Source: a bacterium (lineage in GTDB: Bacteria > Zhuqueibacterota > Zhuqueibacteria > Residuimicrobiales > Krinioviventaceae). From it: a stretch of DNA of 64,000 bases. The notes under the pieces were generated by a model. The model was not told where the DNA came from. It did not search any database and saw only the letters and a program-made list of their open reading frames with translations. Shown in pieces: positions 52,520 through 63,400 of the stretch. The translations under genes and the position numbers were made by a program. Every line of letters starts with the position of its first letter. Position 1 is the stretch's first letter. Where the stretch lies: NCBI GenBank assembly GCA_963693055.1, contig OY843751.1, positions 6,176,001 through 6,240,000 on the forward strand. Reading direction: 5' to 3'.

Positions 52520-53095
52520 ATGCAAATCCCTGAAAACGAAAAACAGCTTGTAATTGCGATTAAACAATCCGATAGTGATGCGTTTAAAAAGATATGTGAA
52601 TTGTATTATGAGCAAATTTACAGATTCCTCTGGAGACGGACCCGGGATGGTGAAACAGCCTGTGATCTGGTTCAAGACGTATTTTTAAATGTCTGGAAAA
52701 ATCGTAAAAATCTTGATGAGAACAAATCCATCAAAGCATTTTTCTACAGATCAGCCATTAATGCCGCTATAAATCATTTGCACAGAAAAGTACTTGTTGA
52801 TAAACATTTTGTCATGAACGAATCGGTTGAGCATTTAAGTGGAGACAATGACGCAGATCTGAAAGAGTATCTGGATGACGCATTACAAGGCATTCCTGAA
52901 CCGCAACGGATTGTATTTATATTGAACAAATTTGAAGGTTTTAAATACAAAGAAATTGCAGACATTTTGCAGATTTCTGTTAAAACCGTTGAAAGCCGCA
53001 TGAGTAAAACATTGAAAACATTACGCAGCAAATTATCGCATCTGTTGATATTTATACTCTGCTGGATTTCTCTGTTTTATAAATTCTATAAATAA
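52520..53095 (+). CDS. ECF sigma-70 factor (FecI-like)
   Basis: DLVQDVFLNVW, SIKAFFY, YKEIADILQISVKTVESRM; hydrophobic C-terminal tail. Confidence 0.92.
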   Translation: MQIPENEKQLVIAIKQSDSDAFKKICELYYEQIYRFLWRRTRDGETACDLVQDVFLNVWKNRKNLDENKSIKAFFYRSAINAAINHLHRKVLVDKHFVMNESVEHLSGDNDADLKEYLDDALQGIPEPQRIVFILNKFEGFKYKEIADILQISVKTVESRMSKTLKTLRSKLSHLLIFILCWISLFYKFYK

Positions 53096-53116
53096 TATGT
53101 ATTATTTACAAAAGAT

Positions 53117-53143
53117 GATAGGGTTTTTGTTGTAATGTTTGTA
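53117..53143 (+). promoter_or_regulatory. Putative ECF promoter before fecR
   Basis: GATAGGGTTTTT-N9-TTTGTA, repeated at 57024. Confidence 0.6.
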
Positions 53144-53180
53144 GATAATAAATGAGGACTAGACAGCTAAACACAAAAAA

Positions 53181-54203
53181 ATGGCAAAAGAAAAATATTA
53201 CATATTAATCAGTCGCTATCTGTCAGGAGAATTGTCAGAGCAGGAAAAGATTGATCTGAAAAATTGGATCAATGCATCTGATGAAAACCGACAGATATTT
53301 AACAACCTGGACCGTTTGTGGAATACAACCGAGACGCCGGAGCCGGATACTATCCCACCGTTTGAGAAGATTTGGGCCAACGTAGACTCTGAAATCAAAG
53401 CTGCTGATCCCAAATACTCGTCAGCGGACACATACAAGCTCAATTTATCCGGTATGTTTCAGAATATTTGGAAATTTGCATTTGCAGCACAGCATAAATA
53501 TGCGTTTGCGGCATTACTGGTTTTGGCTTTAGGAACAGGATTGTTGTTTAAAAATGTAAATCTGATAAATCCGTATCTAGAAGTAAAAACCGCTTATGCA
53601 CAACAAACCAAACTTTTACTTCCTGATAGCTCACAAATAGATTTAAATGCTGATACGGTTATAAAATATCACAAAGATTTTTCTGATTCCATACGTGCTG
53701 TCTATTTATCCGGACAGGCCTTTTTTCAAATTAAACATGATGGCAGGCCGTTTATTGTTCATACAGATAACGCTCAAATACGGGTATTGGGTACACAATT
53801 TGATGTAAAAGCTCGAGATCTTGTTACACGGGTTATTGTTAAGGAAGGACGTGTTGCGTTAGAATCCACAACAATTGCAGCAAACAAACTCATTTTACAA
53901 AAAAATGAAATGGGCGTTTGTGAAAAAAAATCTAATATATTGGAGCACAAGCCCGTTGACGCAATGTATATGATTGGCTGGTTAAACAATACTTTGGTTT
54001 TTGAAATGACACCTCTTTATGAAATCATAAAAGAACTGGAAAGACATTATAACAAGGAAATTGAATTGATCGATAGTAATGTTGGTTCAAAAACAATAAC
54101 CGGGGAATTTAAAGACCAAAGCATTGAGCAGGTTTTATCTGCAATTTGTATTACCCTTGATTTAAATTACTCTTTTGATAACGGCAGGTATATAATCAAA
54201 TAA
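53181..54203 (+). CDS. fecR: FecR-family anti-sigma factor
   Basis: N-terminal ISRYLSGEL..W; one TM; LPDSSQIDLN, LSGQAFF, VLGTQFDV, VKEGRV. Confidence 0.9.
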   Translation: MAKEKYYILISRYLSGELSEQEKIDLKNWINASDENRQIFNNLDRLWNTTETPEPDTIPPFEKIWANVDSEIKAADPKYSSADTYKLNLSGMFQNIWKFAFAAQHKYAFAALLVLALGTGLLFKNVNLINPYLEVKTAYAQQTKLLLPDSSQIDLNADTVIKYHKDFSDSIRAVYLSGQAFFQIKHDGRPFIVHTDNAQIRVLGTQFDVKARDLVTRVIVKEGRVALESTTIAANKLILQKNEMGVCEKKSNILEHKPVDAMYMIGWLNNTLVFEMTPLYEIIKELERHYNKEIELIDSNVGSKTITGEFKDQSIEQVLSAICITLDLNYSFDNGRYIIK

Positions 54204-54246
54204 TACCTGTCCATAAACATTTCACAACGGCTTGTATTTATTCAAA

Positions 54247-56949
54247 ATGAAATTGCATAATTATATTTTTAGCATACTCTTTTTTCTGGGGCTTTTCACT
54301 TCTTTTGATATTTATTCTCAGGAATTCTCTCAAGACAGGCTTTTAACAATCCGATGTAGTGAAGCACCTTTGCGTTCAATATTAAATTTTATCTCTCGCA
54401 AAGAAAATGTCTCGTTTGTATATGACGATCTTTTGGTAAAAGACATATTCAAAACGATTGATATCAAAGACATGCTCCTGGAAAGCACTCTTGCTTTATT
54501 ATTTAAAGACACCCAAATCGATTACAAAAGAACCAATCAAAACCAATTTATCTTGTTCAAAGCAGCGCCCCGCATAATTGATGTAATGGGCCTGGTTTAT
54601 GATATCTCCAGCGGTGAATCTCTGCCATACGCAAACATACAAATCAAAGATACCCGTCAGGGTACAACTACAAATCAACATGGGTATTTTACCTTACTGA
54701 ATGTTCCTGTTGGTGAAACAATTCTGATTATTCAATATATCGGTTATGAAACCCGAATTTTAGATTTAAACCACTTTAATCAATTTAAAGATTTAAAAAT
54801 TGGTTTAAAACAAATCCCTCTGCTTACAAAAGAAATAACTATCAAAGGGGACTGGGTCAAAACGCTGCAGGCAGAAAAAGATGCGGGAAAATGTGCAATC
54901 TCTCCAAATCAACTTGCCTCACTGCCAGCAATAGGAGATAAAGATGTTTCCCGGGCATTACAATTATTACCGGGGATTACAACTGATAACTATGGGGGCT
55001 CTGGCGTTAATATTCGTGGTGGGCGGACTTCTGAGAACCTGATTTTGTTAGACGGCATGACACTCTACCACATGTATCATTCTTTTGGGTATTTTAGCGC
55101 ATTTAATTCCAATGTTATCAAAGACGTTCGGGTGTATAAAGGGGGCTTTCCGGCGAATTACGGAGATAGAATCTCTGGTGTTTTAAATATGACAATCAAA
55201 GATGGCAATTTTATCAAACCTCAAATCAATATTGGCGTCAATCAAATGTCAACACACGGTTCGCTCGAACTCCCCATCCAGGAAAAAGGATCGATTTTAA
55301 TATCCGGTAGAGGAACAATTTCTGATTATATTACAGGCTCTTTGTATGATAAAGTTTTTGTACCTCTTAACCGTAGAGTATCACCCATTCAATATGATCA
55401 GGAACTAAATACAGTAAGGTGGGACACACTAAAAACCACTAATGTTTCTTTTTATGATTTATTGAGTAAACTCACTTTCAACCCAGACAAGCACAATCTT
55501 TATACTTTTAGTTTTTATAAAAGTTATGATTCATTTGAATTTGAAAATCAAACCCAATTGTCCCAATATATAGAGTATTTCACATTATTAAAAAATAAAA
55601 ATGAGGCATCAAATTGGGGGAATACGGGCATTAGCGGTCAATGGTATCATGAATGGTCATCCAGAGCAAATAGCACACTTCAGGCGGCATACTCTAATTA
55701 CCATACCGATTATAACCTGATAGAATATTCGGATATGAGATTTGATAACAATGGCCAGGGAGCACACCATGGTGGCGATAATTGGCAGCTACTTCCCTCT
55801 GACTCTACAATAAATTATTCTTCAAAGGTCAACAATGATGTTAAAGATAAAACCCTCCGCTTTGAAAACGTATTCAAAGTAAATAAAGGTCTTGATTATG
55901 AGTTTGGGTTCAGTTATACGAATTATCAAATAAAGTATAGATTGGAGGAACTATTAAAATTAATGGAAGGTGACGAACCAGAGTTCATCGAGCAAAATGC
56001 AGGTGCTGAACTGTATACATATTACAATCATAGTAATTGGCAAGTCAATAAAAACCTTTTATGGAATCTGGGCCTAAGATCCAGTTATTATTCTTTGACA
56101 AACTCGACATATTTTGAGCCCCGTTTATCTGTCAATTACACACTATATGATAATTTTGTATTAAAATCTGCCTGGGGTAAATATAACCAATTTATATTAC
56201 AAGCGTATGAGGGAATAGAAGCACTTGATGGTCATATTTCATGGCTTTTAGCGAATAAAGATGAATGGATGCCTGCGTCTGCAATACATACAATTGCAGG
56301 GGTCCAATATAATACACCCAATTATGCGGTGGATATCGAGTTTTATACTAAAAATATGGAGGGTGAGCTAAATCCTCTGTATTACACCCAAAATATTGAT
56401 ACGAATAATATACAACAATCACAAAACTCTACAAAGGTCTACGGAGTTGATTTTTTAATTCACAAAAAAGCGGGTGTTTTAAATGGATGGTTGAGTTATA
56501 CCTATTCTAATTCAGAGTCACATTTTACCCAAAACCAAACATCATTCAATTATCAAACTTCTCACAACATTCCGCATAAATTGAATTTTGTCATGAATTA
56601 CAATTTTTCTCTTTTTGAAATGTCGTTGACATGGAACTATGCATCGGGCAGACCCTACAGTATACCAACAGTTGCACAATCTAGTGATGACGATATTCAC
56701 TATTTACAATTTTCGCCAGATACCTTTAACAAAGAACGTCTTCCAAACACTCAAAGAATTGATCTGAGCCTCAGTCGCTCTTTACACTATAAACATTTTT
56801 CAGGTAATGCCGGTATTTCTGTGTTTAACGTCCTCAATCAGGATAATATCTGGTATCGTTATTTTAATATTCTCAATAACAAATTAAATACAGTTGATGT
56901 ATATATGTTTGGTACCACAGTAACGCTCTCTCTTGATATCAACCTTTAA
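54247..56949 (+). CDS. TonB-dependent receptor/transducer (STN-like + CarboxypepD_reg-like + plug + barrel)
   Basis: GESLPYANI..GTTTNQHGYF; LQLLPGI; NIRGG...LLDG; YKGGFPANYGDRISGV; EPRLS; SVFNVLN. Confidence 0.9.
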   Translation: MKLHNYIFSILFFLGLFTSFDIYSQEFSQDRLLTIRCSEAPLRSILNFISRKENVSFVYDDLLVKDIFKTIDIKDMLLESTLALLFKDTQIDYKRTNQNQFILFKAAPRIIDVMGLVYDISSGESLPYANIQIKDTRQGTTTNQHGYFTLLNVPVGETILIIQYIGYETRILDLNHFNQFKDLKIGLKQIPLLTKEITIKGDWVKTLQAEKDAGKCAISPNQLASLPAIGDKDVSRALQLLPGITTDNYGGSGVNIRGGRTSENLILLDGMTLYHMYHSFGYFSAFNSNVIKDVRVYKGGFPANYGDRISGVLNMTIKDGNFIKPQINIGVNQMSTHGSLELPIQEKGSILISGRGTISDYITGSLYDKVFVPLNRRVSPIQYDQELNTVRWDTLKTTNVSFYDLLSKLTFNPDKHNLYTFSFYKSYDSFEFENQTQLSQYIEYFTLLKNKNEASNWGNTGISGQWYHEWSSRANSTLQAAYSNYHTDYNLIEYSDMRFDNNGQGAHHGGDNWQLLPSDSTINYSSKVNNDVKDKTLRFENVFKVNKGLDYEFGFSYTNYQIKYRLEELLKLMEGDEPEFIEQNAGAELYTYYNHSNWQVNKNLLWNLGLRSSYYSLTNSTYFEPRLSVNYTLYDNFVLKSAWGKYNQFILQAYEGIEALDGHISWLLANKDEWMPASAIHTIAGVQYNTPNYAVDIEFYTKNMEGELNPLYYTQNIDTNNIQQSQNSTKVYGVDFLIHKKAGVLNGWLSYTYSNSESHFTQNQTSFNYQTSHNIPHKLNFVMNYNFSLFEMSLTWNYASGRPYSIPTVAQSSDDDIHYLQFSPDTFNKERLPNTQRIDLSLSRSLHYKHFSGNAGISVFNVLNQDNIWYRYFNILNNKLNTVDVYMFGTTVTLSLDINL

Positions 56950-57023
56950 ATCTGTCTCCTGTTTCCTTATTCATAAAAATCCTCTTTCTAATCTCCTGTT
57001 AATTAAATCTGCTGAAAAATGTG

Positions 57024-57051
57024 GATAGGGTTTTTACTGCCTGTCTTTGTA
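57024..57051 (+). promoter_or_regulatory. Putative ECF promoter before the radical SAM gene
   Basis: GATAGGGTTTTT-N10-TTTGTA. Confidence 0.6.
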
Positions 57052-57151
57052 TCTATATGTTGAAAACATAACCGATCGCAAAAAATTGTGAGCAAAGTAA
57101 TGATACTCGACTCCGTTAATATGATCACGAATACAAAAGCAGGGAGAATAC

Positions 57152-58216
57152 ATGTTATTAAACCAAATTACCAATACCGTAAATAAAAAACTGAGCACAA
57201 ATTTGGGATGTTTATTATCAAAACCCTTTCAGATTTCATTAAATATCACATATAGATGTAATGCCAAATGTCAAATGTGTACCTGTTGGAAAGAAAAAAA
57301 TGACTATCTTGATAAAAATGAGATCCTAACAATGATCAACCAATTACACAACTGGATAGGAAGTGGATTCTTTTTAAACATTAGCGGGGGCGAACCGTTA
57401 ATTTATAAACAGATCTTTGAAGTATTTAAACATTGCAATGATCTGGGTATCTTTTGCAAGCTCTCAACAAATGGTCTGGCGTTTACTGAAAATACATTGA
57501 ACAAAATTCTGGAATCTCAATTGCCCTACCTGTCTGTCTCTCTTGACAGCCATAAACCCTCCTTACACGATAAAATCCGGGGAGTGGAGGGTATGTTCAA
57601 TAAAGCAATCAATGGAATTAAATATCTGAGTAATAACGGAGATATTAAAATCGGTGTGGCTTCTGTGTTAATGAAAGACAATCTATCAACATTTGCCGAT
57701 TCTGTTAGATTTTTTCTGGATTTGCCCATCAACAGATATTTGTTCCAGCCCATCCGTTCATATAATCTGCCAAAAGACCGGTGGCCCGAATATGAATACT
57801 GGATCAACGATCAAGTCGGCTTGTCTCAACTCTCTGAACAACTGTTATCTATTAAACATCTGGATTCCAGGTTTTTCAACAGCATTAATGACATTGTCGG
57901 ATTGGAAGCATATTTCATGAATAGTGCCGAAACACAAATTAAACGCTGTACCATTGGTTATGAAAAACTAAATATTAGCCACACCGGAGATGTGTTCCTG
58001 GGTTGTACGCATTACGGAAGTATTGGAAATATCAAAAATGGTAAAATTCGTGATTTATGGCATTCGGAAAAGGCAAAAAGAATTAGAGAAAAGATGTTAA
58101 CATGCTCCATTCCCTGCACGTCTAATTGCAGCAAAGAGTTGTCTGCTTTTGAAAAATTGCAAAGGTTCTATCACATCCGGTTTGCCACTCAAGCTAAGCA
58201 AGCTATAAAATCATAA
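57152..58216 (+). CDS. Radical SAM protein with a SPASM/twitch-like C-terminus
   Basis: CNAKCQMC; SGGEP; STNG; VSLDS..HDKIRG; CTIG...GDVFLGC...CSIPCTSNC. Confidence 0.9.
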   Translation: MLLNQITNTVNKKLSTNLGCLLSKPFQISLNITYRCNAKCQMCTCWKEKNDYLDKNEILTMINQLHNWIGSGFFLNISGGEPLIYKQIFEVFKHCNDLGIFCKLSTNGLAFTENTLNKILESQLPYLSVSLDSHKPSLHDKIRGVEGMFNKAINGIKYLSNNGDIKIGVASVLMKDNLSTFADSVRFFLDLPINRYLFQPIRSYNLPKDRWPEYEYWINDQVGLSQLSEQLLSIKHLDSRFFNSINDIVGLEAYFMNSAETQIKRCTIGYEKLNISHTGDVFLGCTHYGSIGNIKNGKIRDLWHSEKAKRIREKMLTCSIPCTSNCSKELSAFEKLQRFYHIRFATQAKQAIKS

Positions 58217-58226
58217 CAAAAAACTC

Positions 58227-58251
58227 GCCCGGTACCTCTCTGTTACCGGGC
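58227..58251 (+). terminator. Hairpin after the radical SAM gene
   Basis: gcccggta...taccgggc stem. Confidence 0.45.
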
Positions 58252-58503
58252 AATAAAATTAAAACAACCATCCTTCTCCAAATAAAATTTTTCTCGTCTC
58301 AACAATTCTGACATCTTTTTCCCCTTCCCGGACATGGCATAATTGTTGATGTATTTCCACAACTGACAACACATAGATTAACGTATCATATATAAAAACA
58401 ACACGATACGCCATTTTGTCCTTGCTATGTTACGGCTAAACTGTGACATAGAATCTACAACTCTAAATTCATTAAAACATTCATTCCAACAAGGGAACTC
58501 GAA

Positions 58504-59013
58504 ATGAAAAAACATGCATTTTTCTTATCCATTATTACCGTAATAACAGTCCTGTTTTCAATTTCCTGCTCAGACAACAGCAATATGGAAACGGCAACAC
58601 CCGTTTCTCCCGGGCTGAGTGGTAATGCCAATGAAATAGAGATCACCCCCTCTCTTCGTGAAACGGAAACAGAGTCCGAAAGTAAACTCGCCAAAACCAT
58701 GGATGAGGTCAACTGGGATGATTACAGCCTGGTTATGAGGGACAATGAAAGATATTTCTATTTCTTTAATAAATCCAACAACATTTATAGCGGAAAGGTA
58801 TATTACAAAGCATCGGGTTATAAGTATCGCGGCGAATGTAAAATGATTAATAGAGGTACTGCCGCAATTGCACTATGGTACTTTGATTCAAGATATGATA
58901 ATAACAAAATAACAACTATCACCGCACCGGGTACCGGTGGTGGAAAACTTTATTATCAACCCCAAAATTGTGTATGGAATGTTAGCTTATCCATTCAAAA
59001 AGGTTCGTTATAA
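58504..59013 (+). CDS. Hypothetical lipoprotein
   Basis: FSISC lipobox; low-complexity linker; aromatic-rich C-terminal domain. Confidence 0.7.
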   Translation: MKKHAFFLSIITVITVLFSISCSDNSNMETATPVSPGLSGNANEIEITPSLRETETESESKLAKTMDEVNWDDYSLVMRDNERYFYFFNKSNNIYSGKVYYKASGYKYRGECKMINRGTAAIALWYFDSRYDNNKITTITAPGTGGGKLYYQPQNCVWNVSLSIQKGSL

Positions 59014-59033
59014 TGACTTGTCGAGGGAAATTC

Positions 59034-60272
59034 ATGAAAAAAAAATATATACTCTTTTTATGTATCATTATAACTCTATCCATTCTGTCTTTAATGACAG
59101 CCTGCAGTAAAGATTCTGATCCGGTGTCACCTGACACGAGTACAAAAACAGACACATTGAGTGTGGGTGTGATCATCCCTATGACCGGCAGTGGCCCACT
59201 GTTAAAAGATCCGGAAATTGCGGCCATTGATCTGGCATTACAGGATGTAAACCAATATCTTGCCGAACAAGGAACAGGCAAATATATTCACGCAGAGATC
59301 CGGGACAGCAAGTTTTCCGCTCTGGACATTCAAGACGCCCTGGAATTTTTTAATGAAAACAATATAAAGATTATTGTTTTCTCTGGTACCAGCGCAAATC
59401 TGCAATCGGTTGAGAATTATGTCAATAACAACAACATGTTGTTAATTAATCAAACAAGTACCTCTGCTGAACTTTCTCAGGAAGATAATATCTTTCGGCT
59501 TGTCCCGGATGATAATTATCTTGCAAATGCAATGGCCCAATCTATGGTTCAACAGTCTGTGAATAAATCCGTTGTGCTCTATCGCGGTGATGTTTGGGGC
59601 TGCGGTTTGGCGGAATCCTTTGAATCCGCATTTATCGCACTCGGGGGCTCAATACTTGAAAAGATCGGCTATGATCCACGTTATACAACAACAGAGCTTG
59701 AAGACGCATTGAACAGATCAAACACGTTGGTGGAAAATGCAATTTCATCCGGAGATGCTGACAATGTTGCCATGACCTGCCTTTGCTTTGAAGAGGGAAT
59801 AGAGCTGTTAAAACTGTCTGCTGATAAATCCAGCCTGGATAAAATGAGCTGGTACAGCAGCGATGGTATGGCACAAAATCAGGCGTTGTTGGTTGACTCG
59901 ACTGCTGCATCGTTTGCCGCTAAAGTCGGATTCTTTTCTCCCATCATGGCTGAAAATTATACCACTGCCGGACAAACTATCAGCAACCGGATTGAAGAAC
60001 AAATCGGGTACACACCCTATTCCTGGGCTGTTGTTCTCTATGATGCATTTTGGACTGCAGCATTGACCCGAATTGACGATAATTATAGCTATGATATTAA
60101 TGATATAAAATCGGTGTTTCTCAGCGTTTTAGAAAATTATGATGCCGTCAGTGGTGACATTATTTTGAACGATAACGGTGATCGCGCCAGCAGTCCTTAT
60201 GATTTCTGGCAGGTAATCGGTAGTAACGATGCGTATCAATGGACAAAGGCATTTACCTTTCAGGGTGAATAA
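59034..60272 (+). CDS. Periplasmic binding protein type I (LivJ-like) lipoprotein
   Basis: MTAC lipobox; VGVIIPMTG; STSAELS...IFRLVPDD; YDAFW; SGDIILNDNGDR. Confidence 0.85.
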   Translation: MKKKYILFLCIIITLSILSLMTACSKDSDPVSPDTSTKTDTLSVGVIIPMTGSGPLLKDPEIAAIDLALQDVNQYLAEQGTGKYIHAEIRDSKFSALDIQDALEFFNENNIKIIVFSGTSANLQSVENYVNNNNMLLINQTSTSAELSQEDNIFRLVPDDNYLANAMAQSMVQQSVNKSVVLYRGDVWGCGLAESFESAFIALGGSILEKIGYDPRYTTTELEDALNRSNTLVENAISSGDADNVAMTCLCFEEGIELLKLSADKSSLDKMSWYSSDGMAQNQALLVDSTAASFAAKVGFFSPIMAENYTTAGQTISNRIEEQIGYTPYSWAVVLYDAFWTAALTRIDDNYSYDINDIKSVFLSVLENYDAVSGDIILNDNGDRASSPYDFWQVIGSNDAYQWTKAFTFQGE

Positions 60273-60288
60273 ATATATTATACTTAAA

Positions 60289-60330
60289 CTCTGACCGAAA
60301 TATATGTTTCGGTCAGAGATAATATTTTTT
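60289..60330 (+). terminator. Intrinsic terminator
   Basis: ctctgaccgaaa-N6-tttcggtcagag 12-bp stem followed by a T-rich tract. Confidence 0.75.
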
Positions 60331-60471
60331 TCTGCTTTTAACATATTTTAAACCTTATAAAAACTCTCCACAATATTTTCCCTTGCATATTTCCGCCAGA
60401 ATATATTAATTGAATAATTAAAAATTTAACGAACCATACTTGTGCTTAATCAATCCTAACCGGAGAAATCT

Positions 60472-63400
60472 ATGAAAAAACCCGTTCTGCTCTACCTTGT
60501 GTTCCTGCTTTTTCTATTTTTGCTTGCCGGATCTGTATCCGCGTCTCAAACCGTTACTTCATTTTCCCAAATCGAATCCTTGTTTCAAAATCCGCCTGTT
60601 GAATACTCGAGCGCGCCGCTCTGGGTCTGGAATAATGATGTGGATGAAAAAGAGATCGATCTGCAACTGCAGGAAATGCAGCAGGGCGGTATTCACAGTG
60701 TGTTTATTCACCCCCGTCCCGGTTTAAAAACCCCGTATCTGTCTGACCGATGGTACCAACTGTGCAAGTATACGGTAGACAAGGCAAAAGAAAGAGATAT
60801 GGATGTCTGGCTTTACGATGAAAATTCGTATCCCAGTGGATTTGCGGGGGGTAACGTTCCCGCGCAAATGCCCGAATCATACAACCAGGGCCAGGGACTG
60901 GTTATGGAACAGGCCTCTCAACTTTCCGGGGACATGGGTAACTATGCATTCATACTGAAAAAAGAGGGAGATGTTTTTACTGATATCACAACCACAGTAA
61001 GAAACGAGCTGAACAAAAACGGTGATTATTACCTGTTTAAAAAAACCTATTATGGTAAATCTCCCTGGAACGGCGGCTACTCGTATGTGGATCTCTTGTA
61101 TCCAGGTGTGACTGAAAAATTCATCGATGTTACCATGACTGGTTATGAAAAAGCCATTGGCAAGGATTTCGGCAAACGGGTGCCGGGTATCTTTACAGAC
61201 GAGCCCAACATCAGTCCTCCGGGTGGTATTAAATATACACCCACATTGTTTGACGATTTTGAAAAACAATGGGGATACGATCTAAAACTCCATCTTCCTT
61301 CCTTGTACCAAGAGGTTGGAGATTGGAAAGTAGTCCGTCATAATTACTATTCTCTGTTGTTAGAGCTTTTTACCGAGCGCTGGAGCAAGCTCTGGTACGA
61401 GTATTGTGAAAATCACAATTTAAAATGGACCGGGCACTATTGGGACCATGACTGGCCCAAACCCTTGAACGGTTCAGACAATATGGCCATGTACGCATGG
61501 CACCAGGTACCCGCTATCGATTTATTGATGAACCAGTACAGCGAAAGTGTAAATGGTCAATTTGGAAACGTAAGAATCGTCAAAGAACTTGCAAGTGTTG
61601 CCAATCAATTGGGCCGAACACGTACTTTGAGCGAAACCTATGGCGCAGGTGGTTGGGACCTGACATTTGAAGATATGAAGCGCATAGGTGAATGGGAATA
61701 TGTGCTGGGTGTTAATTTTCTTGATCAGCATTTGTCTTATATAACTATTGCCGGGGCCCGTAAACGTGACCATCCGCAATCTTTTTCCTATCATGAGCCC
61801 TGGTGGAAATTTTATAAATCTCAGGGAGATTATTTCAGCAGATTGTCTGTAGCGCTTTCATCAGGTAAACAGGTTAACGACATCCTGGTACTTGAACCGA
61901 CCACTACATCGTGGCTGTATTTTTCTCCAACTCAGCCCAATTTGCAATATGATAAATTGGGGCCTGTTTTTCAAAAATTTGTAACCGATCTGGAAGCATA
62001 TCAGGTTGAATATGATTTGGGCTCAGAATATATCATTAAAAATTGGGGAAAAGTTAAAGGGAATGAATTTATTATTGGAGAACGGGCTTATAAACAAATT
62101 ATCATTCCTCCTTCATTTGAAAATTACAATAAAGACGTTTTGGATTTGTTAAAAACATATACCGATAACGGAGGCGAAGTCATATCCTTTAACGGTTCTC
62201 CACAATATGTTAATGGCAAGAATGCTACTGATTTGGGTTTTACCCAAAAATGGAATTACGTACAATCGCTTTCTCCGGCTGTGCTTAAAAAATTGGAATC
62301 CGAGACAATTCAGTTCCAATCCCCTGAAAATGCCGGTGGTAAATTGTTTCATCACAGACGTATTCTGGATGATGGACAGCTCGTCTATCTGGTCAATACA
62401 GATCTGCAAAACTGGTCAATCGGCTCATTTACCCTTCAGGCAAAATCACTTCAAGAACTGGATCCGCAAACCGGATCATTTTCACCGTATCCCGCGGCGC
62501 AAAACGGTAACAATCTGGATGTCAGCTTTGATATTCCACCGGCAGGAAGCCTCTTGTTATATGCCGGAAATACCGGAGAGACGTTTACGGCATCGCAGAA
62601 AAAAGCAGAATTTCGAATTCTGGATCCTGTAACTAAAATGGATATCAAGCGTCTGGCACCCAATACGCTTGTCCTGGATTTTTGTGATCTAACGCTCGAA
62701 GGAAAAACAGATAAGGATATTTATTTTTTCAAAGCTGCGGACAAGGTTTTCCGTCATTATGGATTTGAGGGCAATCCCTGGAGCACATCGGTTCAATACA
62801 AATCCGCAATCCTGGATCGGGATAATTTTTCAAAAGATACCGGATTTAGTGCGGTTTTTCACTTTGATGTAGACAAAAACGTTAACACCAATGCAATAAA
62901 AGCAGCCATTGAACGACCCGAATTGTGGACGGTTACCATAAATGGGAATCCTGTCAAGGCTACTGAGGGTGAATGCTGGCTGGACAGGGCTATTGGTGTA
63001 TATGAAATTGGGAGTTATATAAAACCGGGCGAGAATCAAATCCGTTTGGCTGTATCTCCCATGTCAGTACATGCTGAACTGGAGCCCATTTATCTGCTGG
63101 GTGATTTTAATCTGGAATCTCAGGACAAAGGATGGAAACTGGTGCCCTCTCAAAAGCTATTACTGGATAGCTGGAAAAACCAGGGAATTCCTTTTTATTC
63201 AGATGGTGTGGAATATACCAGCACATATACATTGGATTCGAAAGACAAACGATATGTTGTCAAACTAGCAGACTGGGCCGGCAGTGTTGCCGAGATTCAG
63301 GTAAATGGAAATCCCGCCGGGTTGGTTTACTCTCCACCTTATGAGCTCGATGTCACGGATTTTACAAAACCAGGCAAAAACCAAATTTCGGTATCTGTAT

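Noticed and set aside
57152-58216. Radical SAM as anaerobic sulfatase maturase or RiPP maturase
   Set aside because: Lacks the anSME-type N-terminal motif and full Cys-rich SPASM set; no precursor peptide or RRE seen nearby
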